This document shows positions 40,221 through 49,458 of a stretch of 64,000 nucleotides of DNA, in pieces. The position numbers were made by a program, and so were the translations under genes. Position 1 is the first letter of the stretch, and each line of letters begins with the position of its first letter. The notes below the pieces were generated by a model. It did no database searches. It had not been told where the DNA came from and was given only the letters and a program-made list of their open reading frames with translations. Origin of the DNA: a virus; IMG/VR virus record IMGVR_UViG_3300043448_001007, positions 10,281-74,280 of that record; one strand, 5' to 3'.

Positions 40221-40529
40221 ATGCCTTTAATTACAAGATCTGGTAAGGGGTCCAAACTAACACATGTTGAGATGGATGGAAATCTAACCTATTTGGAAAA
40301 CTTAGCTTTGAATGGTGGTGGTGGTTCATCATCTTCAATAAATGAAATATCTGCTGGTGTTGGTTTAACTGGTGGTGGTACTTCAAGTATAGTAACTTTA
40401 TCAATACAATCTGATGGTGTTACTGAAGATATGTTGAATATAATTGGTGGACCAACTGCTGGTTATATTCTATCTAATGATGGAATCAATTTAACTTGGA
40501 TTGAATCTAATCCCGGACTATTTGGTTAG
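40221..40529 (+). CDS. N-terminal virion-attachment segment of a fibre gene (frameshifted relative to the next ORF)
   Basis: 'KGSKLTHVEMDGNL' fibre N-terminal motif; AGVGLTGGG; late promoter at 40195. Confidence 0.7.
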   Translation: MPLITRSGKGSKLTHVEMDGNLTYLENLALNGGGGSSSSINEISAGVGLTGGGTSSIVTLSIQSDGVTEDMLNIIGGPTAGYILSNDGINLTWIESNPGLFG

Positions 40530-43482
40530 ACTAAATAGTGATGGTACTTTAGATACTACCTTTAATAATGGTGGTTCTGGATTTGATAGTGGTTTATTTG
40601 AAATAAAATTACAAAATGATGGTAAAATATTAGTAGTTGGTTACTTTACAACTTATAATGGATCAGATTGTCAAGATAGGCTAGTTAGATTGAATACTGA
40701 TGGTACTTTAGATACTACATTTAATAATGGTGGATCTGGATTTGATGCTAATATAAATTCAATAACAATTCAACCAGATGATAAAATCTTAGTAAGTGGT
40801 TACTTCAATAATTATAATGGGGTTGATTGTCTAGATAATTTAGTTAGATTGAATACTGATGGTACTTTAGATACTACATTTAATAATGGTGGATCTGGAT
40901 TTAATGGTGGTGTGAACTTAACTAGAATTCAATCAGATGGTAAAATTTTGGTAAGTGGTTTTTTTACAACTTATAATGGAGCTGATTGTCCAGATGGATT
41001 TGTTAGATTAAATTCTAATGGTAGTTTGGATATAACATTTAATAATAGTGGGACTGGATTTAATACATATTTAAGTAAAATGTCAATTCAATCAGATGAT
41101 AAGATTATAGTAAGTGGAAGTTTTACAACTTATAATGGAGCTGATTGTCCAGATTATTTAGTTAGATTAAATAGTGATGGTAGTTTAGATGAATTATTTG
41201 AAGTTTTATTTATGTCACCACCTTCCATAAATTCCATTTCATTACAATCAGATGATAAGATTTTTATTGGTGGATATTTTACTACCAACAGTGGAATAAA
41301 CCACTTTATGAACTTAAATCCTGATGGTACATTAAATTCATTGGGGAATGTTAAAATACTTACTGACTATAATGGATTATTAAAATATGAAGATAATTAT
41401 CATTCTGTATATTCTGGTAGAACTTTAGTTGATAGAGAATATGTTGATGTTAGATTTGACTCGATTATTTCGGAGAACACATTAGCCAGCAATGGTTTGA
41501 CAAAAAATATTAATACTGTAGAGATAGGTGGTTCTATCTATAAGAATACTACTATTGATGGTGATTATGATTTTACTTTGGATAATAAGTCATTTAATTT
41601 ATTAAATATTACAGGCGGTTTTAATTATAATGAGACTGGTGTCTCTGGGAATGTAGTAAGGTATCTATATAATCAAACAGATAGTATTTTAATAGGTGGT
41701 GACTTTTTCTATTATAATGGAATTGATTGTCCTAACAATTTAATAAGAGTGAATAGAAATGGGTCTTTAGACACAACATTCAACAATGGTGGTTCTGGGT
41801 TCGATAATATTGTTTTATCAATAGATGTTCAAACAGATGGAAAAATATTAGTGGGTGGTAACTTTACAACCTATAATGGATCTAATTGTCCGGATAGATT
41901 TGTTAGATTGAATATGGATGGTACTTTAGATACTACCTTTAATAATGGTGGTTCTGGATTTAATAGTGCTGTTTGGTCAATATCTATTCAACCAGATGGA
42001 AAAATATTAGTGGGTGGTCAGTTTACATCGTATAATGGGATAAGTTGTCCTTGGGGATTAATTCGTTTAAATACAGATGGGTCTTTAGATACAACTTTTA
42101 ATAATGGTGGATCTGGATTTGTCAATGGTTCAATACGAGGTGGTATAATTGTTCAACCAGATGGTAAAATTTTAGTAGGTGGCTTTTTTACACAATATAA
42201 TGGGATCAATTGCCCAGATAATTTGGTTAGATTAAATAGTAATGGATCTTTAGATACCACTTTTAATAATGGTGGCTCTGGGTTTAATAGTGATGTTTAT
42301 TCAATATCTATTCAATCGGATGGGAAAATTTTAGTAGGTGGTAGTTTTACTCAATATAATGGATCTAATTGTCCCGATAAGTTAATTCGATTAAATAGTA
42401 ATGGTTCTTTAGATACCACTTTTAATAATGGCGGTACTGGATTCAATAATGATATTTGCACAATATCTATTCAAACAGATGGTAAAATTTTAGCAGGTGG
42501 TGATTTTACTACATATAATGGATCTGATTGCTCAGACAGATTAACTAGGTTAAATACTGATGGTAGTATTGATAATACCTTTATTTTTAGTGGATCTGGT
42601 GTTTTAATCTACAAAATTATTATACAACTAGATGGTAAAGTTTTAATGGGTGGTCTATATGGTTCTTTAGTAAGAATAAACCAAAATGGTAGTCAAGATC
42701 TCCCAACAAATGTTAAGGTATTTTTGGATAAAAATCACGGATTACTAAGATATGAAAATAATTATCATGAATTCTATACAAATAGAACACTAGTTGATAA
42801 AGAATATGTGGATCTATTATCATCAAACTACCTTAGTTTATCTGGTGGGACTATGAGTGGAACTATATCTTTTGGATTAAATAATCAATATTGTTTATCT
42901 GGTAGTGGTGTGATGGCTGGTATTACGTTTAGTAATAAAATATCTTTATCTGACAACTCGTTAATTTATCCTGGATATGGTGGTACTTTAATTGAATCAA
43001 AGTCAAGTGATTTTATAAGTAGATTATCTGTTAACTCTGAATATACTTTCTGGGATGTTAGGGGAACAATATCAACCAATGCTCCATTAGGTACAACATA
43101 TTCTAGAGGAACAATATTAATGTCAACTCTGGGTGGGATAGAAATAAAATACAATAACCCAGTAAAAACATCTAATATCCAATTAACTGATGGATATGTT
43201 GGTATTGTTGGAGTTGATATATACACAACAAGTTTATTGGAAGCTAGATTAAAAACAAATAGCTTAACAGATGATCGAGACTTTTCTTTCCCAGATTCAT
43301 CCGGAACATTCTCATTAATATCTGATTTTGGTCAATTAATGGTATATACAAATGCTACTAAACCAGCTGCTGCTACTAATGTTGGTAGATTAATATACAT
43401 ATCGGATATTGATGGTGGTATAGCGGCTATTAGTAATGGAACAGATTGGAAAAAAATGCATGATAATAGTATAATCGTCTAA
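40501..43482 (+). CDS. Fibre/adhesin with delta-60 (DUF5122-like) beta-propeller repeats
   Basis: About 12 copies of RLNxDGxLDTTFNNGGSGF...IQxDGKILVGG in two blocks; no proper start, begins mid-repeat. Confidence 0.75.
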   Translation: MNLIPDYLVRLNSDGTLDTTFNNGGSGFDSGLFEIKLQNDGKILVVGYFTTYNGSDCQDRLVRLNTDGTLDTTFNNGGSGFDANINSITIQPDDKILVSGYFNNYNGVDCLDNLVRLNTDGTLDTTFNNGGSGFNGGVNLTRIQSDGKILVSGFFTTYNGADCPDGFVRLNSNGSLDITFNNSGTGFNTYLSKMSIQSDDKIIVSGSFTTYNGADCPDYLVRLNSDGSLDELFEVLFMSPPSINSISLQSDDKIFIGGYFTTNSGINHFMNLNPDGTLNSLGNVKILTDYNGLLKYEDNYHSVYSGRTLVDREYVDVRFDSIISENTLASNGLTKNINTVEIGGSIYKNTTIDGDYDFTLDNKSFNLLNITGGFNYNETGVSGNVVRYLYNQTDSILIGGDFFYYNGIDCPNNLIRVNRNGSLDTTFNNGGSGFDNIVLSIDVQTDGKILVGGNFTTYNGSNCPDRFVRLNMDGTLDTTFNNGGSGFNSAVWSISIQPDGKILVGGQFTSYNGISCPWGLIRLNTDGSLDTTFNNGGSGFVNGSIRGGIIVQPDGKILVGGFFTQYNGINCPDNLVRLNSNGSLDTTFNNGGSGFNSDVYSISIQSDGKILVGGSFTQYNGSNCPDKLIRLNSNGSLDTTFNNGGTGFNNDICTISIQTDGKILAGGDFTTYNGSDCSDRLTRLNTDGSIDNTFIFSGSGVLIYKIIIQLDGKVLMGGLYGSLVRINQNGSQDLPTNVKVFLDKNHGLLRYENNYHEFYTNRTLVDKEYVDLLSSNYLSLSGGTMSGTISFGLNNQYCLSGSGVMAGITFSNKISLSDNSLIYPGYGGTLIESKSSDFISRLSVNSEYTFWDVRGTISTNAPLGTTYSRGTILMSTLGGIEIKYNNPVKTSNIQLTDGYVGIVGVDIYTTSLLEARLKTNSLTDDRDFSFPDSSGTFSLISDFGQLMVYTNATKPAAATNVGRLIYISDIDGGIAAISNGTDWKKMHDNSIIV

Positions 43483-43502
43483 ATTTATTTCATAAATAAA
43501 AA

Positions 43503-43543
43503 AGTAAATCACTTATATTAAGTTATGGGTGATTTATTTTTTT
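43503..43543 (+). terminator. Terminator-like hairpin
   Basis: TAAATCACTTATA...TATGGGTGATTTA followed by a T-run. Confidence 0.55.
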
Positions 43544-43611
43544 ATATATAGATTTAGATACAAAATCTTTTCGATTTTCGAAAATGATTTCAAAAAATTA
43601 ACTCTAAATAA

Positions 43612-44367
43612 ATGATTGGTGATAAATTTAATATGGATGACTCATTTTATAGGGATTTAACAATTTGTTTTTTAGATAAAATTGAAGGTCAGGTAAAATG
43701 GGTAAATAAATTTACTTCTGGTGATGTTCAAGTAAATGTTCCATTTTATTATAGTCTAACTGGTGATGAAAGATTTTTATTAGATAGTTTTCAAGATGAT
43801 ATTGTATCAAATAATAGATTTGTTGAATTAAATACTGATATTATACCTAGAGGGCATGTTACATTAACTAGTTTTACTATTAATTCTGATCAATTTAGAA
43901 ATCCAAATGTTTGGGTTAGAGATGTTTTTGAAGATACTGAGAAAAAAGAAGTTAAGTCACAATTAAAAAAGTTAAGAGCTATACCAATTACGGCTACATT
44001 TGATATATCTATTCTTTTGAAAACAGAAATAGATGTGTTTAAATGTTCTCAAGCTCTTATGAATACTCTTTGGTTATATAAGTTTATGTATTTTGAGCAT
44101 AATTATATGCATATTGATGCTGTTTTACATATTCCAGATAGTTCTCAGATTGAAATTATTCGCGAAAAAACAATGTCAAATGAAAATAATATTAAACTTA
44201 CTCTTTCAGTGGAGGTTAAGACATATTATCCAGCCTTTCCACCGGATGAGAAGTCAATTTCACCACATAGAACTAAGTGGTTTAATAATATTATTACTAC
44301 TAGAACTGGAAATTATAGACAATCTAACAATAATTCAGATAATCCACCAGGAGCAAATCAAAATTAA
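43612..44367 (+). CDS. Tail terminator / sheath stabiliser (gp15-like)
   Basis: VNVPFYY, IPRGHV, RAIPITATFDISI, VKTYYP. Confidence 0.65.
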   Translation: MIGDKFNMDDSFYRDLTICFLDKIEGQVKWVNKFTSGDVQVNVPFYYSLTGDERFLLDSFQDDIVSNNRFVELNTDIIPRGHVTLTSFTINSDQFRNPNVWVRDVFEDTEKKEVKSQLKKLRAIPITATFDISILLKTEIDVFKCSQALMNTLWLYKFMYFEHNYMHIDAVLHIPDSSQIEIIREKTMSNENNIKLTLSVEVKTYYPAFPPDEKSISPHRTKWFNNIITTRTGNYRQSNNNSDNPPGANQN

Positions 44368-44447
44368 TATATAAAAGGTATAAAAATGACAAAAAGTCGA
44401 TTTTAGAACATAATATATAGAATATAAAAAAAAATAAAAATATACTC

Positions 44448-45734
44448 ATGAAGAATCTTAAACTAGAGCTTTTCAACTTTAAAAAATCATTAACTTATGA
44501 TGATTCCGAGGTGGCTCACATCATTGAAGGGCATTATAATAATTGTGCTGATTTTACAGAAAAGAATATTATATTTTCTCTTAATGAGAAATTAAAACCT
44601 TATATGTATGATAAAAAGGTTAAAACTTTATTAGAAAGTTTAAATGCTGATATGAAGCAATATGAATTATTATATGAATTGAAAAGTTTATATAATGTTT
44701 TAAATACTCAAAATCAAGGAGAGTTGTATCGTCAACCTATTAATGTTTTATTACAAACTATTAATTTGGAAAATGATCAAGATCGTCTTTCTAAAGTTTT
44801 AAATGAACTTGCTGTTTATGATTGGGTTCCAGAAATTAAACTTTTTGTTCATAACTTAACTCAGTCTCCAGAGACAAGATCTAACTTATTAAGTGGTGGT
44901 AAATCTGAATCAGTTTATACTTTGGTTGAGTCTGTTGAAGATGGTCACTTAGCATTTATTAAAGATTCTTGGTTCCTTTTAACTGATAATACTATTGAGA
45001 AAACTCTTTTAGAGAATCATGTTAAAGAAGAAGGTCGTTTGGCTGAATTGAGAACATTACAAACAGCTTTACAATATTGTGCTGTTACTGAGTCTAGAAT
45101 TGATTTCAGAATTTCGGAATATTTAACTTTAGGATTAGGTGTTGCTAAAAAAGGAGTTGTTTATTTAAATGATGATGAATTAAATGCTGAAACAACTTTA
45201 GAAAGTGTTTTCTCATCACCAGTTATTCCAATTGTAAATAAAAACTTCTATCCATTGATTCAAGAAGTTGCAAAAAATATGAATTCATTTGTTGAATTAG
45301 ATGTTGTTAAAAAAGTTACTAATTTAGTAAAACCTACTTTAGAATTATATTGCTTTAACTACAAAAACAATGTCTATGTTTATAGATGTGATGAGAGATA
45401 TGGATATTCTTTATTTAAATATGAGTCAGCTGCTGAGTTATGTAACGAATGTAAAGGCGAAATGAGTTATGATTTAACTTTCTTCTATGAAAATAAACTT
45501 TCTAAAGAAATGGTTTCTAAAAAAAGATTAGAAGATAAAGAAAGAGAAATCGAATTGAAATTAGAAGATGTTAATTTAAACATTTCTAAATTAGAAGCAA
45601 CTTTCAAAACTTTAGGAGAAACTCCAGTTCTTAAAGAAGCATTAACTAACTTAACTAAAAGAAAAAGTAATTTAGATAATGAACTTCAAGCTGTTAAAGA
45701 ACTTCAATATAAAGAAAGAGTTAAACTTGGTTAA
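44448..45734 (+). CDS. Probable head/prohead-core structural protein
   Basis: Late promoter at 44411; codon usage like the capsid genes; LLE/LVE motifs; C-terminal coiled coil. Confidence 0.45.
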   Translation: MKNLKLELFNFKKSLTYDDSEVAHIIEGHYNNCADFTEKNIIFSLNEKLKPYMYDKKVKTLLESLNADMKQYELLYELKSLYNVLNTQNQGELYRQPINVLLQTINLENDQDRLSKVLNELAVYDWVPEIKLFVHNLTQSPETRSNLLSGGKSESVYTLVESVEDGHLAFIKDSWFLLTDNTIEKTLLENHVKEEGRLAELRTLQTALQYCAVTESRIDFRISEYLTLGLGVAKKGVVYLNDDELNAETTLESVFSSPVIPIVNKNFYPLIQEVAKNMNSFVELDVVKKVTNLVKPTLELYCFNYKNNVYVYRCDERYGYSLFKYESAAELCNECKGEMSYDLTFFYENKLSKEMVSKKRLEDKEREIELKLEDVNLNISKLEATFKTLGETPVLKEALTNLTKRKSNLDNELQAVKELQYKERVKLG

Positions 45735-45740
45735 TAAAAT

Positions 45741-45774
45741 AAAAAAAAATCCTCAATTTGAGGATTTTTTTTTT
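45741..45774. terminator. Bidirectional terminator
   Basis: A-run ATCCTCAA-T-TTGAGGAT T-run. Confidence 0.8.
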
Positions 45775-45776
45775 AT

Positions 45777-46460
45777 TTAAAAGTTTAATTTATTTTCTTT
45801 TCTATATTTAATAAAGAATTTTTCAAAAGATTCTACAACTTCATCAACACTATCTACAATTCTGAATAGTTCAAAATCTGATTCTTTAATACAACCTTCC
45901 ACTAACATAGATTCTCTCATCCACCCAATCAATCCACTCCAATATTTAGAACCAACTAAAAATATTGGATATTTTTCAGTTTTTTCAGTTTGTAAAAGTG
46001 TAATAACTTCCCATAATTCATCCATTGTTCCAACACCACCTGGCATAATAACAAACCCTTGAGAATATTTTAAGAACATAACTTTTCTAACATGAAAATA
46101 CTTAAAAGATATATTTTTATCCCAATCAATAAAATCATTATTTTTCATTTCAAATGGTAATTTAATACCAACTCCAACTGAAGGTGATCCACCTCTTTGA
46201 GCACCCTTATTAGCCGCTTCCATTATACCTGGTCCACCACCAGTTATAATACCATAACCTTTTGATGAGAGTCTATAAGCAATTTCCTCAGTTAATTGAT
46301 AGTATGGACTATCTTCTTTTAATCTGGCTGATCCAAATATAGAAATACAAGGACCAACATCGGTCAATTTGTCAAACCCTATAACCAGTTCTGAATTAAC
46401 CCTTTGAACTTGCCAGGAATCATTAGCTCGTATTTCCTCCTTATTTTTATTCCAATTCAT
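45777..46460 (-). CDS. LOG family nucleotide monophosphate phosphoribohydrolase (TIGR00730-type)
   Basis: SIFGSAR, ITGGGPGIMEAANKGA, RKVMF, PGGVGTMDE. Confidence 0.9.
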   Translation of the reverse strand: MNWNKNKEEIRANDSWQVQRVNSELVIGFDKLTDVGPCISIFGSARLKEDSPYYQLTEEIAYRLSSKGYGIITGGGPGIMEAANKGAQRGGSPSVGVGIKLPFEMKNNDFIDWDKNISFKYFHVRKVMFLKYSQGFVIMPGGVGTMDELWEVITLLQTEKTEKYPIFLVGSKYWSGLIGWMRESMLVEGCIKESDFELFRIVDSVDEVVESFEKFFIKYRKENKLNF

Positions 46461-46531
46461 TATGTTTTTTATTTTATAAAAAGATATATTTTTAAAGTTT
46501 ATAATTTAATATATAAAAAAACAATTTATTT

Positions 46532-47068
46532 ATGAAATATTTAAAAAAGTTCAATGAATCCTATAAAGAACCATTTATATATAAATCTCCTGATAATCTA
46601 GTTCGAGATATAAAAGAAATATTCTATATCCTATCAGATTATGGTTGTGAAATTAAATATGATAATTCAAATGACTATGAGTTAGATATTGAAATTGAAC
46701 CAAAAAATATAGATAATAGTTTCTCATCATTGGATAGTTTAATAAGCCTTAGAGAAAAACTCATTGAGGAAAATGAGCTTATTTATGTTACTAAACTAAT
46801 TGAAGTTTGTCAACACTTAGACCAATTGAAAGAAGATGTGGGTGGATTTGAGTATAAATTTTATGGTAATATAGATATCAATGATAATTTTACAATTACA
46901 ATTGAGTTTGAATATGAGGAAATGGCAATTATTAATGTTGTTAATAATTTGATTTATTTAAATGATGATATTATTGTGTCACAACTAAAGTATATAAATG
47001 ATAATGCTGAGTATGATGGTTGGGAAGTAGGTGATCGATCATTTTTTTTTAGATTTTTACTTAAATAA
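46532..47068 (+). CDS. Hypothetical protein with 'MKYLKKFNE' N-terminus; possibly frameshifted at a T9 tract
   Basis: Late promoter at 46507; ends just after T9 (47042-47050). Confidence 0.65.
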   Translation: MKYLKKFNESYKEPFIYKSPDNLVRDIKEIFYILSDYGCEIKYDNSNDYELDIEIEPKNIDNSFSSLDSLISLREKLIEENELIYVTKLIEVCQHLDQLKEDVGGFEYKFYGNIDINDNFTITIEFEYEEMAIINVVNNLIYLNDDIIVSQLKYINDNAEYDGWEVGDRSFFFRFLLK

Positions 47069-47231
47069 GAAGTATAATGTGAATGATATTTTAGAACATT
47101 TTAATATTATTATGGGTGAGTATTTCAAATTCTATCTAAGTAAAGAAGAATCCGACGACTTTAAAGATAGTGGTGATTATTTATATATTTTAAAAGGAGA
47201 TTTGATTAAAGGAGAATTAGCACCACATTAA
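47031..47231 (+). CDS. Probable C-terminal continuation of 46532..47068 in the +1 frame
   Basis: Removing one T from T9 fuses the two frames. Confidence 0.45.
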   Translation: MIDHFFLDFYLNKKYNVNDILEHFNIIMGEYFKFYLSKEESDDFKDSGDYLYILKGDLIKGELAPH

Positions 47232-47338
47232 ATAAATAGATAATTTTTCGAAAAATTAATAAACTTTACTACATGATCAACGTAGAAAAAGAGTTACACG
47301 ATAAATGTTGAAAAACATCAAAAATTAATGTGTATTAA

Positions 47339-47704
47339 ATGTATTTAAATAACAAAGATCTCTATGTAGAAATTGTAGTTTCTAAAGCTACCGGAAAATT
47401 AACTAGAAAAGCTGAAAAAATGATGGAACTTTTAGCTAAAGAAACCATCAAAAAAATGAAATATTGGAGTATTGATGATCGTAATGACTGTTATCAAACG
47501 GCTTTATTAGACATGTATTCTAATTGGTATAATTTTAATGAAGAAAAATCAATAAATTGTTTCGCTTATTTCACAGAGATTATTAAGAGAGGGTTAGCGA
47601 AGGGGTTTAATCAGTTATATAAGAAAAAGGGAGATAATGAAAATCAAATTAAAATGATATCATTAGAGGGATCAAATGATGGTCAAGGTCTCCATTCAAT
47701 TTAA
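47339..47704 (+). CDS. gp55: Late-transcription sigma factor (T4 gp55-like, minimal)
   Basis: YLNNKDL and NFNEEKSINCFAYFTEI match gp55 YVNNK.L and NPFAYFTQI. Confidence 0.8.
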   Translation: MYLNNKDLYVEIVVSKATGKLTRKAEKMMELLAKETIKKMKYWSIDDRNDCYQTALLDMYSNWYNFNEEKSINCFAYFTEIIKRGLAKGFNQLYKKKGDNENQIKMISLEGSNDGQGLHSI

Positions 47705-47813
47705 AGATGATGAATTTTAATATTGAAATATCCAAGTTAAGTTCTATTATTATAGAAAAGAGATATCCTGAATTTTATAAAGATCGGTGGGAATATATAA
47801 AAAAATAACTAAT

Positions 47814-48119
47814 ATGTCATATATATTTATAGTATTTATCTTATATTATCTATTATTTTTTGATAGATTAAATAAACCACTTATTAGTCGCGATTATAAA
47901 GATCATTTAACAATTATCTTAGACTTATTATATTATTTTAGTCAAGTTATTTTTATTATTTGGTCAATATCTCTTTTATTTATAAATGTTGATACTCCAT
48001 TGGTTATTTGTTTATTCATAACTACCTTATTTCTAATGCTTAGTAAATGGAGTGGTCCTAATTTGAAAGTTGAAATGAGTATCTTGATACTTAGAACTAT
48101 GATTCTGTTATTAATTTAA
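47814..48119 (+). CDS. Small multi-pass membrane protein
   Basis: 3-4 hydrophobic segments; probable ATG 47814 after GAATATATA (47791). Confidence 0.55.
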   Translation: MSYIFIVFILYYLLFFDRLNKPLISRDYKDHLTIILDLLYYFSQVIFIIWSISLLFINVDTPLVICLFITTLFLMLSKWSGPNLKVEMSILILRTMILLLI

Positions 48120-48652
48120 TTAATTCCATACTTCTTAAGATGTTCTTCTGTTAATATTATAAATTCCCAACCTTTCATTTTACAATATTTAATCATTGTT
48201 TCCCATTTAGCTAAATTTTTTTGAGCCATTTTTAGATCATATTCAAAATTCTTTAGCTTTTTAATGGTGGCATTAATTGGCATTTGGAGTTTTTTTTCTT
48301 GGAGGAGAATAACATTTTGATATTCTTTCATCGGTTTTACTTCCATTACAACTTTTTTAACCTCACCATCTTTTTTAGTCATTTCATAATAAAAATCTGG
48401 ATAATAACAATGTTGTTTTAAAGTGATATCATTATTATCAAAATGAGTTAATTGATATGGTATTTTAATTCCTTCGGAGTTCCATCGAGTGACCATTTCA
48501 TTAGCGTCAAGCCAAGTCATTATTTTTAATTCAAGTCCGGATCTATAAAATAATCCACCTTGATTATTTAGTCTAATAACCTTATCCTTATTTTTGGGAA
48601 CAAATAATCCTTGTTTGTAATTTCCAGCTCCAGTTGGTTTAGAATTTAACAT
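48116..48652 (-). CDS. gp4: Head completion nuclease (gp4/TnsA-like)
   Basis: YKQG.F.PKN..K, YRSGLE, WNSE...IPY, YYPDFY, EVKP, KWE....C...GWEFIILTE. Confidence 0.85.
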   Translation of the reverse strand: MLNSKPTGAGNYKQGLFVPKNKDKVIRLNNQGGLFYRSGLELKIMTWLDANEMVTRWNSEGIKIPYQLTHFDNNDITLKQHCYYPDFYYEMTKKDGEVKKVVMEVKPMKEYQNVILLQEKKLQMPINATIKKLKNFEYDLKMAQKNLAKWETMIKYCKMKGWEFIILTEEHLKKYGIN

Positions 48653-48686
48653 AAATCAATATACATTTTTTAATATATATTGATAT

Positions 48687-49397
48687 ATGGGTGCTCTAAA
48701 TGAAAGAATAAAGTTAAGTCAATTAGTTCATGGTAAAGATTTGGTAGACTATTTTAAAAATAATAGTCAATATATGTATGAGCAATACCAAACTACCAGC
48801 GATTTGTGTCAATCTCAGAGTATAGATAAGATATCTAAAGGTGGATTTTATTTTTTTGTTTACAAAGATGATTCCAATTGGATGAGATATTCTTTATTAT
48901 TTTGTACAGATTATCGTAAGTTGAATAACTTAACCATTGTAATGGGTATTAATTTTAATTTTATTCCTATTGAAATAAGAGGTAGATTTTTTGATCAATT
49001 TATTAATGAAAAAGATTTTGAAAAAAATTCATATTTACCCGTTGATTTCACAACCATTTATAAAGAACTACTAAAAATAGGGTTCGAATACTCTTTAGTT
49101 GAATGGACAGTTCCACAAATAGTTAGTGTTCATAGAATACATTTGGAGTTATTACCAAGATTTCTATATTCATCATTTCCTAAAAATAAATATGATCCAA
49201 ATAAGTTAATGGAGATATGGGCTGCTAAAATTAAAGATAAACAATATAGACACCAAGAAGTAATTCTTTCTAAAATAGATGAGTTTTTTGATGCTGAAAA
49301 ATCTTTACAGAAAAAAGAAACAGGTAATAAGTATCAATATTTGGAGAAACATATTCAAAGACTACAAAGAAGTTATGAAAAATATGGAAAATTTTAA
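48687..49397 (+). CDS. DNA end protector-like protein (gp2-like)
   Basis: G.FYFFVY and GINFNFIP..IR (cf. GLNLHYLP); sits between gp4 and portal. Confidence 0.55.
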   Translation: MGALNERIKLSQLVHGKDLVDYFKNNSQYMYEQYQTTSDLCQSQSIDKISKGGFYFFVYKDDSNWMRYSLLFCTDYRKLNNLTIVMGINFNFIPIEIRGRFFDQFINEKDFEKNSYLPVDFTTIYKELLKIGFEYSLVEWTVPQIVSVHRIHLELLPRFLYSSFPKNKYDPNKLMEIWAAKIKDKQYRHQEVILSKIDEFFDAEKSLQKKETGNKYQYLEKHIQRLQRSYEKYGKF

Positions 49398-49458
49398 AAA
49401 AAAAGGGAGGACGCTCTTTCCAATATATAAAAAAGTAAATAAAAAATAATAGATAAAA

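Noticed and set aside
40530-42580. Repeated ~165-bp units as a DGR template/variable repeat or CRISPR
   Set aside because: Ordinary beta-propeller coding repeats; no adenine-specific divergence pattern noticed and no reverse transcriptase in the window.
47707-47808. 33-aa ORF MMNFNIEISKLSSIIIEKRYPEFYKDRWEYIKK after gp55
   Set aside because: Could be real, and is faintly like the Hef-paralog N-termini, but is too short and motif-poor to support.
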